64,000 bases of DNA from Candidatus Bathyarchaeota archaeon (GCA_963782525.1 CAWAKC010000007.1:64001-128000), one strand, 5' to 3'; shown: positions 46,998 through 57,386, counted from the stretch's first letter. The notes: generated by a model not told the origin, from the sequence alone. A program made the numbers and translations.

Positions 46998-48091
46998 TGA
47001 CTGTTTTGCAGAAAAGAAGGCTGGGTAGAACAAATCTTCAGGTCTCAACAGTTGGGTTTGGCGGAACATGGATTTCTGAGTTAACAACGACTAATGCAGT
47101 ACAGGTTGTTAGGAGAGCCTTTGAACGTGGCATCACCTATTTTGACACCGCCAAACTAGACGGCGATAGCGAAGAAAAAATCGGCGCCGCCCTTCAAGAC
47201 GTCAGAGAAAAATGCGTCATCGCAACCAAGACGGGGTCCCGAACAAAAAAGGAGTCCCTTGAAGACTTCAAAGGCAGCTTAAAACGGCTTAGAACTGACC
47301 GATTAGACATCATTCAACTTCACGGAATCGACGACGAAAAAACCCTTGCCAGAGCTATGGGAGTGGATGGTTCGCTGCAAACTTGCAAAGAAGCACGCAA
47401 GCAGGGACTGGCGGATTTCATCGGCATTACTGGGCATAAGCCGCGGGTTTTAGTTAAAGCAGTGGAGTCTGGCGAGTTTGATTCGGTTTTGGTTCCGCTA
47501 AACGTTGTGACTAGGCAGGCTTTGGAGGAACTGTTGCCGGTAGCAAAAGCGCATGACGTAGGTGTCATAACGATGAAACCACTGTCAGCTAAAACCTCCA
47601 CTTTAATCACCTGCCTCTACAACCCTTCACTTTCCCTTCTTTCAGATGAGCCAGAACTCAAAGCCCTACTAGGAGAAAACGTCGATTATAGGGTTAACAG
47701 TGCGTTGAGGTATGTGCTGTCGCAGGATGTGGCAACTGTTATTCCAGGGTTAAAATCCATCTATGAAGTGGAAACCGCAGCTAAAGCTGCAGAACAATAC
47801 AGCAGACTAACCCCAGAAGAACAAGAAAAATTCAGCTTTAACCTTGGGAAAAGTTACTGCAGAGACTGCGGACAATGCCTAACCTGCCCACAGAACATCA
47901 ACATCGCAGCCATACTCCGATTCCACACGCTCTTTGAGGTTTATGGGTTAAAGGTTTGGGCTAAAAAACTCTACAGAGGATTAGATGTTGGGGTTGATAA
48001 TTGCACAATGTGCGGCGAGTGTGAGCTAAAATGTCCCTACCAATTACCTATTACAACCATGTTAAAGAAAGCAAAGTTGGATTTCCAATAA
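46997..48091 (+). CDS. Aldo/keto reductase with C-terminal 4Fe-4S ferredoxin
   Basis: RLGRT, FDTA, ATK, QLH, CRDCGQCLTCP and CTMCGECELKCP. Confidence 0.9.
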   Translation: MTVLQKRRLGRTNLQVSTVGFGGTWISELTTTNAVQVVRRAFERGITYFDTAKLDGDSEEKIGAALQDVREKCVIATKTGSRTKKESLEDFKGSLKRLRTDRLDIIQLHGIDDEKTLARAMGVDGSLQTCKEARKQGLADFIGITGHKPRVLVKAVESGEFDSVLVPLNVVTRQALEELLPVAKAHDVGVITMKPLSAKTSTLITCLYNPSLSLLSDEPELKALLGENVDYRVNSALRYVLSQDVATVIPGLKSIYEVETAAKAAEQYSRLTPEEQEKFSFNLGKSYCRDCGQCLTCPQNINIAAILRFHTLFEVYGLKVWAKKLYRGLDVGVDNCTMCGECELKCPYQLPITTMLKKAKLDFQ

Positions 48092-48102
48092 CCTGAGCGC
48101 CA

Positions 48103-48915
48103 CTATTTTTTGGCTATCCAATAACTCATTTCTGGCTTGCAAGTAATTTTATAAAGGTAAAAAAGTGGGTTTCCTATCCAAGTTGCATGTTGGTAATAGT
48201 CTGCCCGTTTGGATTGTTCAAAGTTTTTTTTGAAAAATGCTCCTACAAGATTATGGTCTAGTGGATGTTCTTTTTTGTGCCAATAATCCGACAGAGTATA
48301 ATCAATTGAGGGAAGTTTTATCCCCGCCATCTGGAAATACAGGATATTTAGGATTGGGTTGGAGTGAAAATAGAAGAGTTTTACGATATTCGCTATTGGG
48401 TTTGGTTCGTCTTTCCAGTAAAATGGCGAAGCCTCGTGGTCGATGTATACCATGCCGCCTTTTTTTAAGAACCCTGAAAGCTTCTGAAGAGTGACTATGT
48501 AGTCGGGAAGATGGTGCAGGACTGAGTAACATGCAATTAAATCGAATTCGCCTGCTTTAAGGTCGACGGCTTCTATTGGCGAGTTGATAACGACTAATTT
48601 TTTATCTGCTATTTCTTTTTTAAACTTGTTTTTCAAAATGGCGCACATTTCAGCAGAAATATCGATGGCTGTAACAGTGTAGCCCATGCCAAGAAGTTTG
48701 CCAGTTAAGTTTCCTGTGCCTGCCCCAAAATCAAGAGCCCTCTTATGGTTATCCGTTATTAATTTGTCTGCGGTTTTTAGGGTGTAGACTATTCGTTTTT
48801 GTTCTTTTTTGCTGTATACTTCGGGGTGGATTGCTTCGTAGTATTTTGCTTCAAACCGGTGGACGGTTACGTTGGCTTGATGTATGCTTTCCTGTAGGTT
48901 TTCTGTGTTAGACAA
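48103..48915 (-). CDS. Class I SAM-dependent methyltransferase
   Basis: ALDFGAGTG, AIDIS, SVLHHLPD, LKKGG. Confidence 0.88.
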   Translation of the reverse strand: MSNTENLQESIHQANVTVHRFEAKYYEAIHPEVYSKKEQKRIVYTLKTADKLITDNHKRALDFGAGTGNLTGKLLGMGYTVTAIDISAEMCAILKNKFKKEIADKKLVVINSPIEAVDLKAGEFDLIACYSVLHHLPDYIVTLQKLSGFLKKGGMVYIDHEASPFYWKDEPNPIANIVKLFYFHSNPILNILYFQMAGIKLPSIDYTLSDYWHKKEHPLDHNLVGAFFKKNFEQSKRADYYQHATWIGNPLFYLYKITCKPEMSYWIAKK

Positions 48916-49199
48916 GTCGTTTATGTCCTTTATTTTAAATTAAAACATTCATTCTGAAGCAAACATATGTAGCTTTCCGTTAAAGCCCAAAACGCAATTA
49001 AAATAATGCACAAGATACCAAGGGGGCTAACCAACTACCTGAACTATGGGCTGATTTCTCACTTTTTTCCTTTCTAAATTTTAAATCTGGAGAAATCAAC
49101 CTAAACATTCAACAAGCAAGGTTTCCGTAAACGCTTAATAAGTTCACATGTTTATCTAACATAAAACTTAGCGAACTGTACTTTGGATGTTGAATTTGA

Positions 49200-49946
49200 A
49201 TGAAAGTGGTTGTCCACTGGAGCGGAGGAAAAGACTGCTGCACCGCACTGCACAAAGTCGTCGAGCAAGGCCACGAAGTCGCATGCCTAGTCACATACAT
49301 TTACATGGAACCCTACGTTTTCCACAGCTTCAAAGTCATAGAACAACAAGTCAAAGCATTGGACATGCCCCACCAATTCGTGAAAATCACCGACAACCGC
49401 TATGACGACATAATGGGAACCCTTGAACGGCTCCACAAAGAAGAAGGCGTGCAAGCCATCGTTACAGGCGACATCGATAACGTCCACCACCGACGCGTCT
49501 GGAAAGATGCATGCAAAAAGTTGGGCGTTCAGCTTATGATGCCTCTTTGGGACCGCCCCCTTAACCTGATTCCGGGTAACCGACGCCGCAAACGCATCAT
49601 GGAAATGGAACAAAACGCAGGCGTAAAAGCCATCATGAGCTGCATTGACCAAAGATACTTTACCCCTGAGTGGCTGGGACGCCAAATCGACAGAAAATGC
49701 ATCGAAGACATGCAGCCACTTGTGGGTCCAGCCGGCAAAGGCATAGATGTTTCAGGCGAACCCGGAGAATATCACTCGACAACCCTTGATGCGCCGCTGT
49801 TTAAGCAACGCGTCGAATTAACCAAGTTTACCAAGAAAAGCAAGGTGGTTGATTTTGGCGGCTCACCGTTCCGAGAGGGCGATTTCCTCTACATGGATAT
49901 CGAAGAGGCAGTTCTCAAACCCAAAGAAGAAAAGGCAGTCACTTAG
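49200..49946 (+). CDS. DUF71/COG2102 (Dph6-like) PP-loop ATP-dependent ligase, paralogue 1
   Basis: WSGGKDC, IVTGDI, PLW, WLGR, GEPGEYHST.LDAPLF. Confidence 0.85.
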   Translation: MKVVVHWSGGKDCCTALHKVVEQGHEVACLVTYIYMEPYVFHSFKVIEQQVKALDMPHQFVKITDNRYDDIMGTLERLHKEEGVQAIVTGDIDNVHHRRVWKDACKKLGVQLMMPLWDRPLNLIPGNRRRKRIMEMEQNAGVKAIMSCIDQRYFTPEWLGRQIDRKCIEDMQPLVGPAGKGIDVSGEPGEYHSTTLDAPLFKQRVELTKFTKKSKVVDFGGSPFREGDFLYMDIEEAVLKPKEEKAVT

Positions 49947-50219
49947 AAAGCACAATGTAGAATTCAAATCAATATGCCGTTTGTTGGGCATTGACGAGAA
50001 GAAGAAAAACATCAATTCTCTGGGAAAAGTTTGTCCTTCTTCTTTCAACTCAGAGTTTTGTTGTTCTGCCAAATAATTCTTGTTCTGAAAAAGGAGTCTC
50101 ATTCCTCAGCGATTGTTGTCTCCAATTCTTAGCGCTCATAGATTAAACCAGAAGTCACGAGTCTGATGAGCAGACCGTTTTTTCAGAGCATGGGAAAGGT
50201 CTATTGATTCAAGCTATTG

Positions 50220-50400
50220 GTCTCTCGTAGTCGTCTATAAACAATCAGCGAAATAGCGACAAACACAAGATCACAACAGTGATAATGGTGATGTTTATTG
50301 GTGTAATCAAGGAACCCATGCAGAAGTAGCGTTATTGAAGGTGTCGGGTCGTGGACAAAGAATTGAACAGGAGCAGAGGAAGTGACTATGCCACAGAGAT
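50220..50400 (-). pseudogene. Frameshifted remnant of a C-terminally anchored surface protein
   Basis: Fragments in different frames: GIVTSSAPVQFFVHDPTPS / SLITPINITIITVVI / LVFVAISLIVYRRLRE, resembling the tail of the 50550 gene. Confidence 0.5.
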
Positions 50401-50549
50401 GAGAAAGATAGGCTTACTTTCAGAGCGGATTGATTTTAATGGAAGGAAGAATAGGCATGAGCATATTTCTAATGCATTACTTCAAAGAAAATCCAAAGAT
50501 GTTGAGTGATAAAATTCTTGAGTTACTGCCTAACTTAGAGAAAACTTTG

Positions 50550-51281
50550 CTACTTTTTTAGCTTATCTTTTCTTCTCTTGAAGTAAACCAGTGAGATTGA
50601 AGCAACAGCCACTATTGCAATCACAATAGCCAGTGTGATATAGACTAGAGGTGGATTCAAAACAACTGGCAATGTGGCACCTGTGTTAATTGTAGGCATA
50701 CTTTGGCTTGGAGTTGGAGTTGGGTCAAGAGAGTTTGGAACCAGAGTAGGAGAAGGGACAGTTGGTTTTTGAGTTATGTTCTGAGTTAGGATTATTTGTG
50801 AGGTTGCTGAACCCAAGGAAATGTATTCGTCAATATACCTTCTGTTAACAAAGCCAGAGTTGTAATAGCCATAATTTACCTCAACTATGTGAGTCCCACT
50901 TGGTAAGTTTGGGAGATTTGATAGTTCCGTTGTTCCTTTGAGAATGTACTGGATGTAGGGGTCATATGCATAGTCATCCGATATGGTAGTATTGCTAACA
51001 AGGTCAAGGTTATTTACCTCAAAAGATTTTGAGTCTAAAACAACAAAGCAGTGGCTATCGGTGAGGTTAGAACCTGTTGCCCAATAATAGTTAGTTTTTA
51101 TGGTAAAGGAAAGTTGGGTGGAATAAGCTGGGCTGTCAATAGTGACTATTGCATACTTTGGCTTTTGCCCATACATTCCAACAGGATTAGCTATAGTCAA
51201 CTCAATCAGTTGAAACATTATGAGAAATGATATGAACAAGATAGTAGTAGAAACAACCATTATTTTTCTCATATCTACCAC
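50550..51281 (-). CDS. Surface protein with Pro/Thr linker and C-terminal TM anchor
   Basis: Signal ending TIA-NP, LPSGTHIVEV, PTPTPS linker, TM plus KRRK. Confidence 0.75.
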   Translation of the reverse strand: MVDMRKIMVVSTTILFISFLIMFQLIELTIANPVGMYGQKPKYAIVTIDSPAYSTQLSFTIKTNYYWATGSNLTDSHCFVVLDSKSFEVNNLDLVSNTTISDDYAYDPYIQYILKGTTELSNLPNLPSGTHIVEVNYGYYNSGFVNRRYIDEYISLGSATSQIILTQNITQKPTVPSPTLVPNSLDPTPTPSQSMPTINTGATLPVVLNPPLVYITLAIVIAIVAVASISLVYFKRRKDKLKK

Positions 51282-51656
51282 ATTCTAACAAGAATAGTAT
51301 ACGCTTAAGAACTTTTTTGTCAAACTTTCTTGTCTGAGAATAGTCAAAGTTTCTTGACCAGGTTATATTAAATTTACTCCAACTGTTGATTTTTGTCTTA
51401 AGGGCAGATATATAGCATCAGGCAAGTTCAAGCTTTTCTTGCGAGGATCTGCACAAGCACAACAAATAAGAAGCAAACCAGAACAAAGAATGCAACAGTT
51501 AATGGCGTACTTTGGAAATAGAGTCTTCCGCAACAACAATCAGACGAAAATAAAATGGCGTCGGAGCTATAGTGCATCGATTATCACTAAAGATCCAATT
51601 TGTGTTTTTATCGCAATGTTGATTAGGCAACTTTACGCCTAAACATACAAGCTGGA

Positions 51657-51971
51657 GTGAACCAAACGTCACAAGAAAAACAAACCGTGGGGAACCTAAC
51701 TCTCAACATTGTTTGGATTTGTGGGGGAACAACAGCCGACATAACTCCAGCGCCCCAAGTGAAGTTTAGCATGGAGCAAGCGTGTGAAAAAATAAAGAAA
51801 CAAAAAATAAAAATCCGTGTGAAAGCGCCCATGCTTGTGATTTTTGAGTTTATGAAGATGGAAGTTAGCCTTTTTGATGGGGGACGCATGCTCATAAAGA
51901 ATGTGACTGATGAGACGCAGGTGCCAAAAGCGTATGTGGAAATCCTCAAAGTGCTCGATGTGCCCATCTAA
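51657..51971 (+). CDS. Stand-alone MoeB/ThiF C-terminal-domain-like protein
   Basis: ICGGTTADI...VSLFDGGRMLIKNV pattern. Confidence 0.5.
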   Translation: MNQTSQEKQTVGNLTLNIVWICGGTTADITPAPQVKFSMEQACEKIKKQKIKIRVKAPMLVIFEFMKMEVSLFDGGRMLIKNVTDETQVPKAYVEILKVLDVPI

Positions 51972-51980
51972 GTTCGAGCG

Positions 51981-53360
51981 TTAATGGAATATTAGTTTGG
52001 AGCCCTTCTTAACGGCAGAACCAATACCTTCCTGCTTAATCACCCGAATTAGGTTGGAAGCCGCAGACTTCCGAAAACTCCCCTGAAACTCTTTTTGGAT
52101 TTTAACAAGCATGTCATAGTCAAAGTCGGGGGTTTTAACACGGGCAAGGTAGTTGTTCATTTGGTCGTAGAGGTGTTGGCTTATTACTTCGTCGTAGAGT
52201 TTGCTACCGGGACAGGCGATGTAGATGTTGAACATGCAGACGTCAGCTTTCAGGGACTTGGCATACTTGAAGGTTGCTTGCATGTCCTCGACGGTTTCGC
52301 CTGGAATACCAAGCATAAACGATGTGGCTGTTCTAATTCCAATTTGGCGGGTCAGCTCGAAGGTGTTTTTAACTTCTTGAAGGTCGACGTTCTTGCCAAG
52401 TTTCTGCTGGATTCGCTCTGAGCCAGATTCGGTTCCGAAAAAGATAGTTTGGCAACCTGCTGACTTCATGTCAGAGAGCACTGCTCTATTCACTAGGTCA
52501 GCGCGTGTTTCGCAGGTCCATTTGAGGTCAAGCTTGTTTTCCTTGATTTTGCGGCAAAGCTCGATGGTGCGGTTTTTGTTTATGGTGAAATTGTCGCCGA
52601 CAAAGTAGATGCCATTTGTGCCGTAATTTTCTACCATGTTTTTGATTTCGTCAACAACGTGTTGGGTTGAAAAAGCTCGGCAGCTGGTTCCCCAGAGCGC
52701 GCGTGTTTCGCAGTAAGCGCATTGATAGGGGCAGCCGCGGAGTATGCTCATGGTGTCGACGGGTTTAGCGTCGATGTAGGGCAAGACGCGGTCATACATT
52801 TTCATGGGCAACAAATGGCGCGCAGGGATGGGGATTGTGTCTAAGTCACTGATAAACTGCTGCGGCGTCTGGACGGTTTCGCCGTTAATTTTGCATGCAA
52901 CTCCCGGGATGGCAGCGGAAACAGTTTTCGGTTCACCCTTTTGGATGCTGGCTGCAAGCTTAACCATCGCTGCTTCTCCTTCTCCGATAACAACAAAGTC
53001 AACTTCGCCGTGTTGCAGCAGGGTTTCAGGCATGTATGAAGCATGGGGACCGCCGACCACAACCATACAAGATGGACAAGCTTCTTTGACGGCTTTAGCC
53101 ATCTCGACACACCGCGAATAAGTCAAACTGCTACAGGTTATGCCCACAATTTCTGGTTGTCGTTTTTTAATTTCTGCTTTAACCGTTTCGATGGGTTGCC
53201 CCAAAAGATAATTATCGTAAATCTCAACTGAGAAACCGCTTTTTTCCAGTGCCGCCGCAACGTAGGCTAAGCCCAATGGAGCAAGTTTTCCCGCCATACC
53301 CCAAGGAGACCTCTCGGGCAGCATGGTGGTCATTAGAAGTATCAAGTGTGTTTTCTCCAT
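51981..53360 (-). CDS. B12-binding radical SAM enzyme (class B) no. 1
   Basis: PLGLAYVAA, VGGPH, GEGE, RGCPYQCAYC, DNFT, GTESGS, GIPGET. Confidence 0.92.
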   Translation of the reverse strand: MEKTHLILLMTTMLPERSPWGMAGKLAPLGLAYVAAALEKSGFSVEIYDNYLLGQPIETVKAEIKKRQPEIVGITCSSLTYSRCVEMAKAVKEACPSCMVVVGGPHASYMPETLLQHGEVDFVVIGEGEAAMVKLAASIQKGEPKTVSAAIPGVACKINGETVQTPQQFISDLDTIPIPARHLLPMKMYDRVLPYIDAKPVDTMSILRGCPYQCAYCETRALWGTSCRAFSTQHVVDEIKNMVENYGTNGIYFVGDNFTINKNRTIELCRKIKENKLDLKWTCETRADLVNRAVLSDMKSAGCQTIFFGTESGSERIQQKLGKNVDLQEVKNTFELTRQIGIRTATSFMLGIPGETVEDMQATFKYAKSLKADVCMFNIYIACPGSKLYDEVISQHLYDQMNNYLARVKTPDFDYDMLVKIQKEFQGSFRKSAASNLIRVIKQEGIGSAVKKGSKLIFH

Positions 53361-53366
53361 GGAGGG

Positions 53367-54779
53367 TTACTTGATGGGGCTGGTTAGTTTAGCCATAAGT
53401 GCTCTTCGGAAGTGTGCCATTATCAGTCGCGTCGCGCCCAAACCCCACATCTTGCCTTTTTTGAACATGCCGATTGCGCTGATGAAGTATCTTGGGCTGA
53501 GGTAGAAGCTTTGGAATGCCTGTTCACGTATCTGTACCAGTTCCTGCATGGTCATGTTTGGGATTTCGAAGGTTGGGGTGGCGGTGTCGTACCTGTCGAA
53601 GTCAGTTATTTTCAGTGACCCGTTGGCGTTAACTTCTTCGTACATGGGTGTTCCCGGATAAGGTGTGGCGATGTAGAAGCCAACGTCGTTAGGGTTAAGT
53701 TCCTTGACGAAGCGGATTGTTTCCCAAGCGCTCTCTTTGGTTTCGCCGGGGAAACCTAAGATGACGCCTGCAACGGTCATTAGTCCTGCTTCTTTTGCCC
53801 ATTTGAAGGCGCGTCTTGTTTGTGTAAGCGAGAAGCCTTTGCCCATGCTCGTTAACTGTTTCAAAGAGCCTGATTCCACTCCAAACCAAACCGCGATGCA
53901 TCCAGCTTCACGCATCTTGACGAGGAGTTCTTTGCTAACCATGTCAACGCGGGTTTCGCAGTCCCATTTGATTTTGAGTCCCCTGCGGTGGATTTCATCG
54001 CAGATTTCAGCGGTCCTCGCTTGGTCCACGGTGAAGGCGTCGTCGTAGAAAGTGAATTGGTTGGCTTTGTAGTTTTTGTGGAGGTATTCGAGTTCGTCGA
54101 CGACATTTTTGGGTGTACGCATACGATATTTTCTGCCGAACATTCGGACTGCAGTGCAGAAATTACACCAGAACACGCAGCCTCTGCTGGTCATAACTGG
54201 GTAGGGTATGGTTCCGTATTTTCGCAGTTCGCCCAGTTTTTCCCATAGGTGAAGGGCGGGGAATGGTAGGCTGTCGAGGTTTTCTAGGAAAGGTCGGTCG
54301 GCGTTTTTGACTATTTCATTACCTTTCCTGCATGTTGTGCCTGGAAGGTCAAAGAGAGGCTGGTTGTTTTCGACTCTTTGAGCGAGTTCCAACATGGTTT
54401 CTTCGCCCTCTCTTCTAATGATTACGTCTAAGGAAGGCGCTTCTTGCAATGCCTTGTCATCCCAGAACGTAACGTGTGGACCGCCAACAGCAGTTACGCA
54501 GTTGGGCAGGGCTTCTTTCGCTGATTTTACGATTTTTAGTGCAGATTTGTAGGTTAAGGTCGTGCATGTGACGCCAACGATGTCTGGTTTGTACTTGGCG
54601 ATTACTTCTTTGAACTGGTCATGACTGATTTTTTGTGCCTGACAGTCAATAACTTTAACTTCAAAATGATTCTTTTCTAACACCGCACCCAGGTATCCTA
54701 TGCCTAAGGGCATGAAGGGTGGATGCTGATGGGAACCGGCAGGGTAAGGTGGATTCACTAGGGTAATGTGAGTTTTCAT
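53367..54779 (-). CDS. B12-binding radical SAM enzyme (class B) no. 2
   Basis: PLGIGYLGA, VGGPH, EGE, SRGCVFWCNFC, DDAFT, GVESGS, TPYPGT. Confidence 0.92.
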   Translation of the reverse strand: MKTHITLVNPPYPAGSHQHPPFMPLGIGYLGAVLEKNHFEVKVIDCQAQKISHDQFKEVIAKYKPDIVGVTCTTLTYKSALKIVKSAKEALPNCVTAVGGPHVTFWDDKALQEAPSLDVIIRREGEETMLELAQRVENNQPLFDLPGTTCRKGNEIVKNADRPFLENLDSLPFPALHLWEKLGELRKYGTIPYPVMTSRGCVFWCNFCTAVRMFGRKYRMRTPKNVVDELEYLHKNYKANQFTFYDDAFTVDQARTAEICDEIHRRGLKIKWDCETRVDMVSKELLVKMREAGCIAVWFGVESGSLKQLTSMGKGFSLTQTRRAFKWAKEAGLMTVAGVILGFPGETKESAWETIRFVKELNPNDVGFYIATPYPGTPMYEEVNANGSLKITDFDRYDTATPTFEIPNMTMQELVQIREQAFQSFYLSPRYFISAIGMFKKGKMWGLGATRLIMAHFRRALMAKLTSPIK

Positions 54780-54897
54780 GTTTTTCCCCGAAACACGTAG
54801 AGGTTATGCCTTGGGGTTCATTTACTTTATGCAAAACTGTTTATTTTTTATGCAACATCGTATTTTTCAGATTTGACACAAAAAAATAAATTGATAT

Positions 54898-55614
54898 TTA
54901 CTTTGTAGGATGTTTTGGCTTAAGATAACATTCTTTAATTTCCATGTAAAGCCATTTCCGCTTCCAATTCTTTGATTTTTCATCTTTCTTTTTGGCTTTG
55001 AACCTGCCAATTTCGATGGATTCTTTGAAAAGCGGCGCTTCCACTACTGTGCTGTGGTAGCCTTGCCCGTCTTCGCTGGATACGTCTATGCCTTTTGCGT
55101 CTGCTAACGCTTTGAGTTCTTTGATAGATTCTGGGTCGATTTTTCGTCCCAGCCATTCTTCACCAAAAAAGTTCGTGTTGATACAGTTTAGCATGGGTCT
55201 TAAGCCGCCATCGATGACTTCTTTGAGGACGCTATAGGTGTCGCCGTCGGCGCTTACATTAGGCATAAGAAATTCAAGGTCCAGCTGTTTTGCCATGCTC
55301 TCGTAGTAGCTTGAATGAACAAGGGCGCAGCCGGCTCCAGCTATGTCACCAGTAACGATGCCCTCGATGCCCTGCTCCTGCTTGAGTTTGGTTAGGGCGC
55401 CCAAGATGTCTTCGTAGGCTTTTTTGATTCGGACAACTTTGAGGGGAGTACCTAAGGTTTTGGATTGGAGCTGCATGACGTCGAAGCTGTGGAAAATGTA
55501 GGGTCTTTGATATTCGAAGCTAAGAAGACAAGCAACTTGATGACCCTGAGCGATGACTTTGTGGTAGGCTAAACAGCATTCTTTACCCCCGCTCCAATGA
55601 ACGACAAGTTTCAT
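54898..55614 (-). CDS. DUF71/COG2102 PP-loop ligase, paralogue 2 (more divergent)
   Basis: WSGGKEC, IVTGDI, WLGR, SEDGQGYHSTVVEAPLF. Confidence 0.8.
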   Translation of the reverse strand: MKLVVHWSGGKECCLAYHKVIAQGHQVACLLSFEYQRPYIFHSFDVMQLQSKTLGTPLKVVRIKKAYEDILGALTKLKQEQGIEGIVTGDIAGAGCALVHSSYYESMAKQLDLEFLMPNVSADGDTYSVLKEVIDGGLRPMLNCINTNFFGEEWLGRKIDPESIKELKALADAKGIDVSSEDGQGYHSTVVEAPLFKESIEIGRFKAKKKDEKSKNWKRKWLYMEIKECYLKPKHPTK

Positions 55615-55707
55615 TCTAAACCCTCTCTTTGGAAAATAGGCAAATGAAGTTGCTATAAACCTTTTGTTAACTTGCCGATTTCACCAAAAAGGCCCTTGAC
55701 CAATTGT

Positions 55708-56181
55708 CTAAGCATAGTAAGTTCGTGCCGAAAACAATTTAAAGTTGTTAGAAAGTTGCCTTTTTCCTAAACCGCAAGGCTTCCAACAAAAAAGCGCCGC
55801 AGAAACAATCGTCACCAAAGCTAAAAACCAGAATGATTCCTGAATGGGTGCGCCAACCAACAGATGAGGAATCAATACAGCGATTTCCCCGATCAAGACA
55901 CTGACAAAGATGAAGCCGAACACTGCAAAGCTGGGAATCAGAGTTTTCCCAAACCAAACGTACCCTTTCACACCCATCTTTTCCTTGACAACGTAGTTAC
56001 CGTAGGAGTCTTTGACGACCAAGCCGAGATCAGTGAGTTTTTGGAGGTTCCGGTAGGCAACACTTGGGCTGCTCAGGTTTGCGCCGCGCATCACATCTCT
56101 GGGGCCAGCTGGTTTTCCAAGTTTGACTAGGTACAGATAAGTTTGAAATGTCGTTGCGTTGAGTTCTTCCTCAGGCTCCAA
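55708..56181 (-). CDS. Membrane-tethered winged-helix regulator (HTH plus 2 TM), C-terminal frameshift
   Basis: YLYLVK...GPRDVMRGANLSSPSVAYRNLQKL..LGLV.KD.YGNY; TTG at 56181; native tail appears to lie in another frame ending at 55748. Confidence 0.75.
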   Translation of the reverse strand: MEPEEELNATTFQTYLYLVKLGKPAGPRDVMRGANLSSPSVAYRNLQKLTDLGLVVKDSYGNYVVKEKMGVKGYVWFGKTLIPSFAVFGFIFVSVLIGEIAVLIPHLLVGAPIQESFWFLALVTIVSAALFCWKPCGLGKRQLSNNFKLFSARTYYA

Positions 56182-56384
56182 GCCAACACCCGACTGCATC
56201 TTAGCATGTTTGCCCTTAAAAACCAAACGCAACCTTTAGCAGTTAATAGGGTAAACATTAGGCGAGCAAAAATCATTAAAAATATGTAGATTGGACATCG
56301 ATCTTTTCCCAAGTTATTCAATCGTCATGTTTACCGTAATCGATATTAACTGTTTACCTAAATTATTTCGAAAGTGGGGTAACA

Positions 56385-57386
56385 TTGGAACTGAATCTCC
56401 TAACTATAGGAACCACTGTTGTAATGTTGGTTTTAGCTATCTTGTTAGATTTGGTGCTTGGCGACCCCTCACCCAACAACCCCGACAGATGGGTTTTCAA
56501 GCTGCATCCCACCGTGCTTATGGGCAATTTTACAAAAAAAATCGAACCCTACTTCAAAAATCCAGAAGCAAAAACCGAAAAGTTCTTGGGTGTTCTTTTG
56601 GGTTTAACGGTGATTGCTACGTTCACGGTACCCACTTTCTTGGGGCTTTGGGCAATCCTCATTTTCCTGCCCTTCTTCTTCAACGTCCTCTTCTACGCAG
56701 TCATAGGCATCATCCTGCTCAAAATGACGATATGCATTAAACTCGAAACTGATTGGGCAAAAGCCGCTGCCAAAGCCATAGACGAAGCCGACTTGCCTGA
56801 AGCAAAAAAATATAGCCATTTCTCAAGGCGAGAATCCAAAGACCTAAACGGCGCCCAAATGGGCAGCGCAGTCATCGAATCCATGTCTGAGAACCTGATC
56901 GACTTTAAACTCTCACCAATGATGTCTTTCGCATTGTTTGGGGTTACTGGTGCGATTGCTTTTCGAGCAATTAACACTCTTGACGGTATGGTAGGCTTCA
57001 AAACTAAAGAGCACATTAACACGGGGTGGTTTAGTGCTAACATCGACAACTTTGTAAACTATATTCCAACTCGATTGACGGCTTTGCTCATGATTGTTGC
57101 CGCAGCAATCTTACGAATGGATGCTGGAAACGCATGGAGAATGGCGCGGCGTGACCACAAAAAAACTCCTAGCCGCAATCACGGTTGGCCTATGGCAGCC
57201 GTCGCCGGGGCTTTGCGAATTCAGCTGGAAAAACCTGGGCAGTATATCCTTGGCGATGCTCAGGAACATTTGACGGGGGACAAGATTTTGGGAGCGCTTC
57301 GAATTAGGGATGTTACAATTGTTTTGTGGGGATTCTTGTGCGTGGCTGTCATTGTTGTTGTGAGGTTATTTTTCTTGCCCGTTTAG
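56385..57386 (+). CDS. cbiB: Adenosylcobinamide-phosphate synthase CbiB
   Basis: LDLVLGDP, HP, ESMSEN..D, RAINTLDGMVG, NYIPTRL, TPSRNHGW. Confidence 0.9.
   Translation: MELNLLTIGTTVVMLVLAILLDLVLGDPSPNNPDRWVFKLHPTVLMGNFTKKIEPYFKNPEAKTEKFLGVLLGLTVIATFTVPTFLGLWAILIFLPFFFNVLFYAVIGIILLKMTICIKLETDWAKAAAKAIDEADLPEAKKYSHFSRRESKDLNGAQMGSAVIESMSENLIDFKLSPMMSFALFGVTGAIAFRAINTLDGMVGFKTKEHINTGWFSANIDNFVNYIPTRLTALLMIVAAAILRMDAGNAWRMARRDHKKTPSRNHGWPMAAVAGALRIQLEKPGQYILGDAQEHLTGDKILGALRIRDVTIVLWGFLCVAVIVVVRLFFLPV

Noticed and set aside
48916-49199. Cobalamin or fluoride riboswitch upstream of the DUF71 gene
   Set aside because: No B12-box or crcB-motif consensus seen here or upstream of cbiB and cobS
51425-51580. 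Short hydrophobic minus-strand ORF ending VAFFVLVCFLFVVLVQILARKA
   Set aside because: May be a decayed membrane gene, but too short and featureless to support
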